A stretch of 64,000 nucleotides of DNA from Polyangiaceae bacterium. Its GTDB lineage: Bacteria; Myxococcota_A; Polyangia; Polyangiales; Polyangiaceae. Shown piece by piece: positions 51,148 to 61,839 of the stretch; positions within the stretch are counted from its first letter, which is position 1, and every line of letters begins with the position of its first letter. A model generated the notes under the pieces. The model searched no databases, was not told the origin of the DNA, and saw nothing but the letters and a program-made list of their open reading frames with translations. The stretch is from contig CBDCTZ010000016.1 of the NCBI GenBank assembly GCA_965222375.1, positions 3,008,001 to 3,072,000 of the forward strand. Reading direction: 5' to 3'. The translations under genes were made by a program, and so were the position numbers.

Positions 51148-54100
51148 ATGCGTTGCAGCATCTTGCTGGGCGCCCTGCTCACAGCGGCATGCGGGCAGAA
51201 AGCAGAACGAAAAGCCGAATCGCGCCACACGCTCGGCCGCACTGCCGAGGCCGCGAGCGTCGCGCCCGACTGGCCCGCCGAGGCGCTCGTTGGCGTGCGC
51301 GGCATCCGCCTCGACAAGAACGCCGACGTCAGCGGCGATATCGCCGTCATCGATACCGGCGATAGTCCTGAGCTGGACGTCGACAAAGACAGCCGCATCG
51401 ACGGTAGCGTGCGCGCCAACCGCATTCGCCTGGACAAGGACACCGTCGTGACCGGCGACGGCGCGTTCAACACATTGAGCGGCAGCGGCACCGTGCAGGG
51501 AACCACCACCACGCCCCTCACACTTCCGTTGGCGATCACAATCCCGACCATCGGCGCCATCACGCCCGGCACGACCGACGTCACCGTTGCCAGCGGCGCC
51601 ACGCAAACTCTCGCCCCCGGCGCCTACGACGAAGTCACGCTAACCAAGGACGCCACCTTGCGCTTGGACGGCGGAAGCTACGCGCTGCGCAGCCTCGACG
51701 CAGCCAAGGACGCCCGGATCGAATGCGCCACCGCCTGCGATCTGCGGATCTTGGAAACCCTGGAACTAGCCAAAAATGCCTACCTGGGACCCAGCGAGGG
51801 CGCGAGCATTGGCTCCGAGGCTGTCGACGTGCGCGTCGCCGGTGGAAGCAATTGCACCCAAGTCGCCGTCGACATCGACAAGGACGCGACGCTGCGCGCC
51901 CGTATCGCAGCCCCTGACGGAAAGCTGCACATCGACAAGAACCTCGACGCCCGCGGCATCCTGATCGCCTGCCGCATCGTCCTGAAGAAGGACGCCAAGA
52001 TCGTCAAGGACGCCACCGACCTGTGCGAAGGCGTCAACATCGACGACGGGAACCCGTGCACCACGGACGCCTGCGATCCAGCGACGGGCGTAGTGACCCA
52101 CACACCGCGGCCAAGCGGATCGAGTTGCAGCGACGGCGACGTCTGCAATGGCGACGAGCTCTGCAACGCCTCCGCAGTGTGCCAGCCCGGCACGCCACCC
52201 ACCATCGACGACGGGAATCCGTGCACGACCGACGCGTGTGACCCGGTCGCGGGCGTGACGCACACGCCGCTGCCAAGCGGTACCGCGTGCCCCAATGGCG
52301 ACGTTTGTGATGGCGATGAGGCTTGCGACGCCTCAGCGGTGTGCCAACCCGGGACGCCGCCCACGATCGACGATGGCAACTCATGCACGGCGGATGCCTG
52401 CGATCCCATCACCGGCGTGACCCACACGCCGCTGCCAAGCGGTTCAAGTTGCGCCAACGCCGACCTCTGTGACGGTGTGGAGCTATGCGACGGCGCCGGG
52501 ACATGCCAACCGGGTACGCCTCCGACGATTGATGACGGCAACCCGTGCACGGCCGATGCCTGCGACCCAGTGGCGGGCGTGACCCACACGCCGCTGCCGA
52601 GCGGGACTGCCTGCACTGACGCAAATGTATGCAACGGTGTGGAAACCTGCGACAGCGCCGGCGTTTGCCAACCGGGCACGCCGCCCACCGTCGACGACGG
52701 CAATGCCTGCACGGTGGACGCCTGCGACCCAGTGACCGGAGTGAGCCACACACCTGTGCCAAGCGGCACGAGTTGCGCCAACTCCGACCTCTGCGATGGC
52801 AACGAGCTGTGCGATTCAGCAGGTGTGTGCCAGCCCGGTACGCCACCCGTCATCGACGACGGCAATCCGTGCACAGCCGACGCGTGCGATCCAGTGACCG
52901 GAGTGAGCCACACGCCTGTGCCAAGCGGCACGAGCTGCAGCAATGGCGATGTGTGTGATGGTCTGGAAACCTGCGACGGCGCGGGCCTCTGCCAACCGGG
53001 CACGCCACTGAGCTGCGACGACAGCAACGTGTGCACCGCGGATGCGTGCAATCCCGCATCCGGTTGCGACTTCGTGCCCGTCTCAGCCGGCTCCAGCTGT
53101 GCCGACGCGGATCTGTGTAACGGAGAGGAGCTGTGTGACGGTGTAGGCACCTGCAGCCCCGGGACGCCCTTGCCCATCGACGACGGGAACCCCTGCACCG
53201 CGGACGCCTGCGACCCAGTGCTCGGCGTGACGCACACGCCGGTGCCGAGCGGTACGGCGTGCCCCAATGGCGATTTGTGCGATGGCGACGAGCTCTGCGA
53301 CGCCTCCACGGTCTGCCAGCCAGGCACGCCACCGACCATCGACGACGGCAATCCGTGCACTGCGGATGCCTGCGATCCCATCTTGGGCGTTACGCATACG
53401 CCGGTGCCGAGTGGGACCAGCTGCGCCGATTCTGACGTTTGCAACGGAAATGAGCTCTGCGACGGATTGGGCACGTGCCAAGCGGGGACGCCGTTGACCT
53501 GCGACGACGCCAACCTGTGCACCACGGACGCGTGCAATCCCGCTTCCGGTTGCGACTTCGTGCCCGTGGCGGCGGGCAGCTCGTGTGGCAACGGCGACGC
53601 CTGCGATGGAGACGAGCTCTGTGACGGAGCCGGGACATGTGACCCCGGCACGCCGCTCGTCTGCGACGACATGAATCCCTGCACCATGAATTCCTGCGCG
53701 GCGGCGACAGGCTGCGAATCCAGCTTCGTGCCCGCCGGCGTCAGCTGTGGGCCCAATCAAACCTGTGACGGCGCTGGGACCTGCGAGTCTGAGCTACCCC
53801 CGGATCCGAGCCTGGTCGCGCCGCCGCTGGATCGCACAGTCGCCACATCGCTCTTCGACCAGACGACGTTTCTGTACGACGGAGCCAATCCGATCCAAAC
53901 GGGCGTCGCCCCCGGCACCATCTCCCCAGAGCGCGTGAGCGTGCTCAAGGGTCGAGTGCTCACGGTGACCGGCGCGCCGTTGCCCGGCGCGACTGTCACC
54001 GTCGTCGGCCGCCCAGAATTCGGCAGCACGCTGAGCCGAGTCGACGGCCAGTACGACATCGTGGTCAACGGCGGACAGCCCATTTCGCTGAGCTTCACCG

Positions 54101-57100
54101 CCACCGGCTACCTGGAAGCGCAGCGCACGGTCACTCCCGAGTGGCAGCGGTTTACGTTTGTGCCGGATGTATCGCTGATCACGCTCGACCCAGCGGTCAC
54201 GAGTGTGACGATGGGTAGCAGCAGCCTGCAAGTCGTTAGCGGCTCCACCAGCAGCGACGCCGATGGCGTGCGCCGAGCGCGCCTGTGCATCCCCGCCGGC
54301 ACGACAGCCTCTCTGGTCATGCCTGACGGCACCACCACCCCCGCTCCGTCCCTCTCGGTGCGCATCACGGAGTACACGGTGGGGCCCTACGGTCCGATGG
54401 CCATGCCGGCGGAGCTGCCAACGAATCTCGGCTATACGTACGCGGTCGAGCTCAGCGCGGATGAGGCGGTGGCTGCGGGTGCAACGAGCGTGGTCTTCAG
54501 TCAGCCGACGTTCCTGTACGTGGAAAACTTCCTCGACTTCCCAGTGGGCACCATCGTGCCCGTTGGTTTCTATGACCGTGGCGATGCTTGTTGGAAGCCC
54601 TCCGACAACGGTCGCGTTATCGAGGTGCTCGGCGTCACCGGCGGTGTGGCCGATGTCGATGTCGATGGCTCGGGAACACCCGCGAACGCCGCAACGCTTG
54701 CAGCAATTGGCCTCACCGCCGAAGAGCTCACGAAGATAGCGCAGACCTATGCGGTCGGGGAGTCGTTCTGGCGCTCGCCGATCCCGCACTTTACACCGTT
54801 TGACTGCAATCTGGGGCTCGTACCCGACTACGGCGATGACGGAAGCGGCGGCACGGGTGGCAGTGGGGGCTCGGGAGGCACTGGTGGCACCAGCGGCTCC
54901 GGCGGTTCCGGTAACAGCAGCGGCTTTGGTCCAAAGTGCACGAACGATTGTCCGGACGACGGAGACAGTGACAAGGACGACCCGTGTGAGCGAACGGGCT
55001 CTGTCGTCGAGTGTCAGAACCAGTCTTTTGGCGAGATCTTGCCCGTCGCCGGCACGGACTTCTCCTTGGTCTACACGAGCACGAGAGCTTTTGGCCGACT
55101 ATCGCACAGGACGATGGCTGTCCCACTTACCGGAGCCGCAATCAAGAGCAAGCTGCGACGACTGGAAGTAGAGGTGAGTGTGGCAGGCAAGATCTTCAGG
55201 ACGAGCGAGGGACCCGCTGCCAATCTCACCTTGCCCTTCACGTGGGATGGCAACGACGCCTATGGGCGCAAGGTGCAAGGTGGGCAGCTGGCCGTGGCGC
55301 GGGTTGGCGAGGTGTACGACGCGAAGTATGTTGGGCCAGCCAAAGCCGGACAAGCCTTCTCGCAGTACAATGATAGCGAGGCTCTCTCGCTCAGTGACTC
55401 CCGCCGCGAGTTTACGGCTTGGCGCACCGTCAAGATGCGCAATCTAGGGCTTTGGGACGAAAGCGGCAGAGGCCTGGCCGGCATGAGCCTGGATGTGCAT
55501 CACGCCTACGATCCCATCGGGCAGATTCTGTACCTGGGAAGTGGCCGACAACGGAGTAGCGACAGCTTGGTTGCTGCAGCCAGCGCGCTAACGCGCATAG
55601 GTGGCAGTTCTTCCCCCGGCGGCTCGGGCGACGGGGGCCCAGCTAGCCTGGCCCTCATTCGGCCGGAGGCCGTTGCTCAGGGACCGGATGGGTCGATCTA
55701 CGCGAGCGATCGCAGCGGTACATCTGAGGCGCGTGTTGTCCGACGCATCGGCCCTGACGGCACCATCACCCGTTTCGCGGGGAATCCGTTCGTGCCCGGG
55801 TTTTCTGGTGACGGGGGATTGGCGGCAGCCGCGACGTTTAGAGATGTCGACGACATCGCTGTCGGACGAGACGGATCCGTCTACGTGCTTGACGGAGGTG
55901 CGACGCCGACGCCGCGTGTGCGTCGCATCGCGCCAGATGGGATCATCAACACGATAGCGGGCGGAACGTCTGGGTTTGCGGGTGACGAGGGACCTGCAGT
56001 CTCTGCCGCCTTTCAGAGCCCGCGCTCCATCACCGCTGGCAAAGATTGCAATCTGTTCATTGCCGACAACGGCAACCGCCGCGTCCGCATGATTGACTCT
56101 TCCGGGGTGATCCACACCGTGGCCAGCGAGCCTGCCGGGCTGCCGTTGCCGTGGCTTCCAACTTCGGTTGCCGTTGGCCCGGATGGATCCGTGTACATCG
56201 GAACGTTCTTCTATGAGGTATTTCGCCTCGACCCTTCAGGCCAACTACTTCCGTTTGCCGGAACCGGAACGAACGGATTCTCTGGCGATGGAGGACCCGC
56301 GCTGGACGCGACCTTGGGCAACGTTCAGGACGTCGCCGTTTCGCCTGCCGGAATAGTCTACATCAGTGGAAGCGGACGAGTTCGACAGGTGGATCAGTTC
56401 GGGCTGATCTCGACCGTGGCGGGCACCGGTAGTGTCTCGAGCCTGACACCGTTTGTGCCCGACACCCCCGCGACGGGAACTGCCCTGGTCGCAACGGGAC
56501 TTGAAGTGGCGAAGGACGGCGGTCTTCTCGTCGCCGACGTGACCCATCGGGTCCTCGCCAGTGTGCGGCCGCCGTTGCCGAAGTTCAGTGCAGGCGCGAG
56601 CATCGCAGTCGCGTCCGAGGACGGCAGCGAGCTATACGCATTCGACGGCCGTGGCAAGCACCTGGCGACCTTCAACGCGGCCACTGCCGCCATGCGCTAT
56701 CAATTCGCCTACGATTCCAATGGCCTGCTCAGCCAGGTTCGCGACGGCGACAACAACGTCACGACAATCCAACGCGACGCCAGCGGCACGCCTCAAGCCA
56801 TCATCGGCCCGTATGGTCAAGTAACGAGTCTGACGCTGGACGCCGATGGCTACGCCGCAACCGTGACCACCCCTGCTTCCGAGCTGCATCAGCTCACATT
56901 CACGAGTGACGGTTTGCTGCAGAGCTACATCAACCCCCGCAATCAGCTCAAGGTGCTGAGTTATGGGCCGTTGGGACGCCTCGCCGGCTTCATCGATCAA
57001 GCAACAGGCAACCGGACGTACGATCGCACCCAAGCCACGAGCGACTTCTCGGTGCTGGAAACCACGCCGCTCGGGCGCCAGACGACCTTCGCCTACACGA

Positions 57101-59604
57101 GCCTGCCCACCGGAGACGAGCAATACACAAACACCTTCCCGGATGGTACCCAAAGCACCCAATTCATCGGAAGCGACCGGACGCTCACCACCACACTGCC
57201 TGATGGCATGGTCATCACGACCACAGAAGCTCCGGATCCCCGTTTCGGCTTCACGGCCAAGATACGCTCGACCGAAGCCCGCACCCCATCTGGACTCGTG
57301 CGCACCGAAGCGACCAACCGAAGCGTCACGCTGAGCGATCCTCTGGACCCCCTGAGTCTTCTGACACAGTCCGACACCACAAGCATCAACGGCCGAACAA
57401 TTACGAGCGTCTTCGACCGCGCCACCTTGACCACCACCACGACGAGCCCCGCCGGCCGCCAGGTGATCACGATCCAAGATGACCAAGGCCGCACCACCCG
57501 CCGCGACGTACCGGGCATCCTCCCCGTGGACTTCGCCTATGATTTCCGGGGACGCCTGTCCACCATCACCCAGGGCACGCGCGTCCGCACGACCAACTAC
57601 TTCTCTACCAGCGACGATAAGAACGGCTACGCCCAGTCGGTCACGGACGCGTTGACCCAGACGACAAGCTTCACCCCCGACGCCATCGGCCGGGTGCTCC
57701 AACAGCTCGATCCCGACGGCGCCATCACCAGCTTCGCTTGGGACGGCAACGGAAACCTGACCTCGGTGACCCCACCCGGCCAACCCGCCCACGGCCAAAC
57801 CTTCACGCCGGTGGACCTGCTAGGCAGCTACGATCCGCCAGTCGTGCCTGGGGTGACAACTCCGAGTACACTGTTCGGGTACGACCTGGACCGCATGCTC
57901 ACGCAAACCACGAGACCCGATGGCCTCATCATCGGACGCACCTATGACACAGCGGGCAAGCTCGACTTCATGACGACGCCCTCGGGCATCGTGGACTACA
58001 CATACTTCGGGCTGACGCCATGTCCGGGATGTGCGCCGGGACGGCTTGCGAGCATTACTGACCCGAGCGGAGTCATCTTGAGCCATGCCTACGATGGGCA
58101 GCTCATGTCCTCGATGAGCTGGAGTGGGCCGTTCAACGGAAGTGTGGCGTTCGGGTACGACAATTCGTTCCGCACCATCTCCGAAACCGTCACCGTGGGG
58201 GCAACCACGTCGCCCGCCTTCTTCGGGTACGACCCGGATGACATCGTCATCTGCGCGTCGCAGGCGAGCTGCGCGCCGCCGAGCGCTGATTCGCTCGCCG
58301 TCACCCTCGATCCCCAGAATGGCCGCATCACCGGCAGCGCGATGGGCCTGGTCAGCGACACCTGGACCTACAACGCCTATGGCGAGATGGCTTCGTACGT
58401 GGCCGACACTGGCGGCACGACGCTCTTCTCGGAGGTGGTCGACACCGCCTCCGACCCCCGCGACCAACTCGGCCGCATCGTCACTCGCGTCGAGGAAAAC
58501 GGCGCAGCGCCTATTACGTGGGATTACACCTATGACTTGCGGGGCAGGCTCACGGATGTGTTCCGAAACGGGACGCTGTTCGAGCATTACGGATATGATT
58601 CCAACGGGAACCGCACGCTGCTTCAGACGAGTTCGTCGTCGATTGTTGGCACCTATGACGCGCAGGATCGGTTGCTCACGTATGGGACGCTCTCGTACAC
58701 GTACACGGCCAACGGCGAGCTGGGCTCGAAGACCGACTCCGCCACGAGCGAGACGACGACCTACACCTATGATGTCCGCGGGAACCTCACCCGCGTCGAC
58801 CTTGCCGGTGGGGACGTCATCGAGTACCTCGTTGACGGCGAAGACCGGCGCGTGGGCAAGAAGCGCAACGGCGTGCTCGAGAAAGCGTGGCTCTATCGCG
58901 ATGGGCTCAATCCGGTGGCGGAGCTGGATGGCGCGGGCGCCCTTGTCTCGCGATTCGTCTACGCGTCGAAGCCCAATGTGCCTGACTTCATGGTGCGCGC
59001 GGGCGTCACCTATCGCATCTTGAGCGACCACCTCGGCTCACCGCGCGCGATTGTTGACGTCGCGAGTGGTGCCACCGTGTGGCGTGCCGACTATGATGCT
59101 TGGGGCAACCGCACCGTGCTCACGGGCGCAGCGGATTTCACTCCGTTTGGCTTTGCGGGCGGACTGCACGACGCAGGCACCGGGCTCGTGCGCTTTGGGG
59201 CGCGAGACTACGATCCCATGATGGGGAGGTGGACAGCAAAAGACCCGCTGATCTGGGGCGGTTCGTCTAGTGGACTGTATGTGTACTCGCAGAACGATCC
59301 GATCAATTGGGCAGATCAAGGCGGAACGGTCCCTTGCCCCGCAAAACGCGACCTGGGCCACGCCTGGAGTGCAGCCTGCTTTACCGCGTGCCTTGTAAGC
59401 ATTGAGATCCCGCCACTGGCGGCGGCCTGCGTGGCTGCATGTGCGGTTGCGACTGCTGAACTGGCACGCCAGTACGACAAGTGCGTACAAGACGAGTGTA
59501 CGAAGCCGAATGCGCCTGTCTACTGCTGTCTGGAGTTCCCGCAGTTTTGCAAGGAAGAGCGTAACTCATGCCTGCCGCCGTCAGAGGAATCGAAGTCGGG
59601 GTGA
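51148..59604 (+). CDS. Giant teneurin-like RHS/YD protein: lipoprotein signal, Cys-rich repeats, FN-plug-like region, NHL propeller, YD shell, RHS core, Cys-rich C-terminal tip
   Basis: Lipobox LTAAC; GRVL..PLPGATV..VDGQYDIVVNGG; WDGNDAYGRKV; LDVHHAYD; GFSGDGGPA NHL repeats; FGARDYDP..GRWTAKDP..NDPINWADQGG; start may be upstream (51082). Confidence 0.92.
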   Translation: MRCSILLGALLTAACGQKAERKAESRHTLGRTAEAASVAPDWPAEALVGVRGIRLDKNADVSGDIAVIDTGDSPELDVDKDSRIDGSVRANRIRLDKDTVVTGDGAFNTLSGSGTVQGTTTTPLTLPLAITIPTIGAITPGTTDVTVASGATQTLAPGAYDEVTLTKDATLRLDGGSYALRSLDAAKDARIECATACDLRILETLELAKNAYLGPSEGASIGSEAVDVRVAGGSNCTQVAVDIDKDATLRARIAAPDGKLHIDKNLDARGILIACRIVLKKDAKIVKDATDLCEGVNIDDGNPCTTDACDPATGVVTHTPRPSGSSCSDGDVCNGDELCNASAVCQPGTPPTIDDGNPCTTDACDPVAGVTHTPLPSGTACPNGDVCDGDEACDASAVCQPGTPPTIDDGNSCTADACDPITGVTHTPLPSGSSCANADLCDGVELCDGAGTCQPGTPPTIDDGNPCTADACDPVAGVTHTPLPSGTACTDANVCNGVETCDSAGVCQPGTPPTVDDGNACTVDACDPVTGVSHTPVPSGTSCANSDLCDGNELCDSAGVCQPGTPPVIDDGNPCTADACDPVTGVSHTPVPSGTSCSNGDVCDGLETCDGAGLCQPGTPLSCDDSNVCTADACNPASGCDFVPVSAGSSCADADLCNGEELCDGVGTCSPGTPLPIDDGNPCTADACDPVLGVTHTPVPSGTACPNGDLCDGDELCDASTVCQPGTPPTIDDGNPCTADACDPILGVTHTPVPSGTSCADSDVCNGNELCDGLGTCQAGTPLTCDDANLCTTDACNPASGCDFVPVAAGSSCGNGDACDGDELCDGAGTCDPGTPLVCDDMNPCTMNSCAAATGCESSFVPAGVSCGPNQTCDGAGTCESELPPDPSLVAPPLDRTVATSLFDQTTFLYDGANPIQTGVAPGTISPERVSVLKGRVLTVTGAPLPGATVTVVGRPEFGSTLSRVDGQYDIVVNGGQPISLSFTATGYLEAQRTVTPEWQRFTFVPDVSLITLDPAVTSVTMGSSSLQVVSGSTSSDADGVRRARLCIPAGTTASLVMPDGTTTPAPSLSVRITEYTVGPYGPMAMPAELPTNLGYTYAVELSADEAVAAGATSVVFSQPTFLYVENFLDFPVGTIVPVGFYDRGDACWKPSDNGRVIEVLGVTGGVADVDVDGSGTPANAATLAAIGLTAEELTKIAQTYAVGESFWRSPIPHFTPFDCNLGLVPDYGDDGSGGTGGSGGSGGTGGTSGSGGSGNSSGFGPKCTNDCPDDGDSDKDDPCERTGSVVECQNQSFGEILPVAGTDFSLVYTSTRAFGRLSHRTMAVPLTGAAIKSKLRRLEVEVSVAGKIFRTSEGPAANLTLPFTWDGNDAYGRKVQGGQLAVARVGEVYDAKYVGPAKAGQAFSQYNDSEALSLSDSRREFTAWRTVKMRNLGLWDESGRGLAGMSLDVHHAYDPIGQILYLGSGRQRSSDSLVAAASALTRIGGSSSPGGSGDGGPASLALIRPEAVAQGPDGSIYASDRSGTSEARVVRRIGPDGTITRFAGNPFVPGFSGDGGLAAAATFRDVDDIAVGRDGSVYVLDGGATPTPRVRRIAPDGIINTIAGGTSGFAGDEGPAVSAAFQSPRSITAGKDCNLFIADNGNRRVRMIDSSGVIHTVASEPAGLPLPWLPTSVAVGPDGSVYIGTFFYEVFRLDPSGQLLPFAGTGTNGFSGDGGPALDATLGNVQDVAVSPAGIVYISGSGRVRQVDQFGLISTVAGTGSVSSLTPFVPDTPATGTALVATGLEVAKDGGLLVADVTHRVLASVRPPLPKFSAGASIAVASEDGSELYAFDGRGKHLATFNAATAAMRYQFAYDSNGLLSQVRDGDNNVTTIQRDASGTPQAIIGPYGQVTSLTLDADGYAATVTTPASELHQLTFTSDGLLQSYINPRNQLKVLSYGPLGRLAGFIDQATGNRTYDRTQATSDFSVLETTPLGRQTTFAYTSLPTGDEQYTNTFPDGTQSTQFIGSDRTLTTTLPDGMVITTTEAPDPRFGFTAKIRSTEARTPSGLVRTEATNRSVTLSDPLDPLSLLTQSDTTSINGRTITSVFDRATLTTTTTSPAGRQVITIQDDQGRTTRRDVPGILPVDFAYDFRGRLSTITQGTRVRTTNYFSTSDDKNGYAQSVTDALTQTTSFTPDAIGRVLQQLDPDGAITSFAWDGNGNLTSVTPPGQPAHGQTFTPVDLLGSYDPPVVPGVTTPSTLFGYDLDRMLTQTTRPDGLIIGRTYDTAGKLDFMTTPSGIVDYTYFGLTPCPGCAPGRLASITDPSGVILSHAYDGQLMSSMSWSGPFNGSVAFGYDNSFRTISETVTVGATTSPAFFGYDPDDIVICASQASCAPPSADSLAVTLDPQNGRITGSAMGLVSDTWTYNAYGEMASYVADTGGTTLFSEVVDTASDPRDQLGRIVTRVEENGAAPITWDYTYDLRGRLTDVFRNGTLFEHYGYDSNGNRTLLQTSSSSIVGTYDAQDRLLTYGTLSYTYTANGELGSKTDSATSETTTYTYDVRGNLTRVDLAGGDVIEYLVDGEDRRVGKKRNGVLEKAWLYRDGLNPVAELDGAGALVSRFVYASKPNVPDFMVRAGVTYRILSDHLGSPRAIVDVASGATVWRADYDAWGNRTVLTGAADFTPFGFAGGLHDAGTGLVRFGARDYDPMMGRWTAKDPLIWGGSSSGLYVYSQNDPINWADQGGTVPCPAKRDLGHAWSAACFTACLVSIEIPPLAAACVAACAVATAELARQYDKCVQDECTKPNAPVYCCLEFPQFCKEERNSCLPPSEESKSG
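52039..53790 (+). repeat. Coding tandem repeat, ~162-bp/54-aa unit (IDDGNPCTxDACDP..CQPGTPP), 10 full plus 1 partial
   Basis: Unit starts e.g. 52204 and 52366. Confidence 0.92.
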
Positions 59605-60143
59605 AGATGCGCAGCGAACGGCAGCGGTGGATGCTGATCAGTTCCGCAATGTTGACAGCGCTAGGCGGGTCCTGGGCTAGTCATACGGCGGCCTTTCCGC
59701 ATGCGGTTGCATTGGCATCCGGCACGCTGAGCGCCCTCGTAGGGTTCGGCCTTTGCGAGCGTGGCGCTCGATCAATGTCCGCTGCGCGTTATCGTCAGAT
59801 TCTGACGCTTCTCGTTCTTGCCACGTTGGCAGCGGTCACGCTTCGAGTCTTGGTCGGCGACGCCCAGACGTGGATCGCGTTCGTGCATAGCGGCCTGGTT
59901 GGATCCAGTGTCGGAATGCTGGTTGCTTTGGTGATTCGCTGGCGGCGTCTGATGCCATCGGACACCGCAACGTCATCAGATCGTTCCGCGTACATGCTCA
60001 TGTTTCTGGGCGGTCTGATTGGTGCAGCCTGGATCGTCACACTTCATTTGGGCTCTCCCACACTATTCTATCTGATCGCGGCAGCGTTGACGGTTTTTGC
60101 CGCCGCCTCGTACTATGCCCGTCGTACGGACCCGTCCAAGTGA
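59601..60143 (+). CDS. Multi-TM protein, probable cognate immunity protein
   Basis: GTGA overlap with the RHS stop (or ATG 59607); ~6 hydrophobic segments. Confidence 0.7.
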   Translation: MKMRSERQRWMLISSAMLTALGGSWASHTAAFPHAVALASGTLSALVGFGLCERGARSMSAARYRQILTLLVLATLAAVTLRVLVGDAQTWIAFVHSGLVGSSVGMLVALVIRWRRLMPSDTATSSDRSAYMLMFLGGLIGAAWIVTLHLGSPTLFYLIAAALTVFAAASYYARRTDPSK

Positions 60144-60146
60144 CGG

Positions 60147-60543
60147 CGTCCCAGTCCAGCGACATTCGTCCTCGAAAACAACGAAAAATGACCTCCGTAC
60201 TCCGCAAAAAGTCATCGCAAGGCATCGAATGAGTGACTTGGCCAATCGGAACACGTACTGCGACGCACACAGCAGCGCGGTTGTTTCATGCACGCACCAG
60301 CGCCCAGGCACCGCCCAAAGCATCGCGGTCGCCAGCCAGCACGACAACGCGCCGCCAAGGTCCCTCCCTGCCACGCGCAGCGGCGCCTGCCGCGCGGCGC
60401 AGAGAGTTCATCAAGTCGCACTCGCGCGCGCAGGCGCCGCGAGCATGGCTTTGGGAAGGGACCGCGGAGGCGCCGCGACTCATCGCACTCTGCTATCATT
60501 CATCGCACAATGATTCGCGGCGCCGACGCGAGGGTGGGCAACA
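60147..60543. mobile_element. Non-autonomous IS remnant/MITE-like element related to the element at 61840
   Basis: 60147-60196 resembles 61840-61890 (GTCCyAGyCCAGCGACATT..AAATGACCTCC); ends in CAACA exactly where the orphan RHS begins. Confidence 0.55.
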
Positions 60544-61839
60544 AAACCACGAGACCCGATGGCCTCATCATCGGACGCGCGTATGACACAGCGGGCAAGC
60601 TCGACTTCATGACGACGCCGAGCGGCATCGTGGACTACACCTACTTCGGGCTGACGCCTTGTCCGGGGTGTGCGCCAGGGCGGCTTGCGAGCATTACTGA
60701 CCCGAGCGGAGTCATCTTGAGCCATGCCTACGATGGGCAGCTCATGTCCTCGATGAGCTGGAGTGGGCCGTTCAACGGAAGTGTGGCGTTCGGGTACGAC
60801 AACTCGTTCCGCACGATTTCCGAGACGGTGACCGTTGGGGCGACCACAAGCCCAGCGTTCTTTGGCTATGACCCGGATGACATCGTCATCTGCGCGTCGC
60901 AGACGAGCTGCGCGCCGCCGAGCGCTGATTCGCTCGCCGTCACCCTCGATCCCCAGAATGGCCGCATCACCGGCAGCGCCATGGGCCTGGTCAGCGACAC
61001 TTGGACCTACAACGCCTACGGCGAGATGGCTTCGTACGTGGCCGACACTGGCGGCACGACGCTCTTCTCGGAGGTGGTCGACACCGCCTCCGACCCCCGC
61101 GACCAACTCGGCCGCATCGTCACTCGCGTCGAGGAAAACGGCGGAGCGCCGATCACTTGGGACTACACCTATGACTTGCGCGGCAGGCTCACGGACGTCT
61201 TCAAGAATGGGGCGCTCTTCGAGCACTACGGATATGATTCCAACGGGAATCGCACGCTGTTGCAGACGAGTTCGTCGTCGATTGTTGGCACCTACGACGC
61301 GCAGGACCGGTTGCTAAGCTACGGGACGCTCTCTTACACGTACACCGCCAATGGCGAGCTGAGCTCGAAGACGGATTCCGCTACGAGCGAGGCGACGCTC
61401 TATCAATATGATGTGCGAGGCAACCTCACTCGCGTCGACCTTCCCAGCGGCGACGTCATCGAGTACCTCGTCGATGGCGGAGACCGCCGCGTCGGCAAGA
61501 AACGCAACGGCACACTCGAAAAGGCGTGGCTGTATCGGGATGGGCTCAATCCGGTGGCGGAATTGGACGGCGCGGGCGCCTTGGTCAGCAGATTTGTCTA
61601 CGCTTCGAAATCCAACGTACCCGACTTTATGGTGCGAGGCGGAACAACGTATCGCATCTTCAGTGACCATCTCGGCTCACCAAGGGCGATTGTCGACGTC
61701 GCAACAGGCACCACCGCGTGGCGCGCGGACTATGACGCTTGGGGGAATCGCGCAGTGCTCATGGGCACAGCGGACTTTGTGCCCTTCGGCTTTGCCGGCG
61801 GGCTACACGATGCAGACACGGGGCTCGTGCGCTTTGGGG
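60544..61839 (+). pseudogene. Orphan RHS core fragment, paralog of 57905-59200, truncated at both ends
   Basis: Near-identical 5' part, more diverged 3' part; cut at GLVRFG by an IS end. Confidence 0.9.

Noticed and set aside
51780..53756. 658-aa minus-strand repetitive ORF (and similar shadows such as 4226-5776, 27347-28504, 57820-59031)
   Set aside because: Antisense to well-supported genes; expected in high-GC DNA
52039..53790. Regular repeats as a possible CRISPR array or DGR
   Set aside because: In-frame coding repeats with synonymous variation, no unique spacers, and no cas or reverse transcriptase in the window
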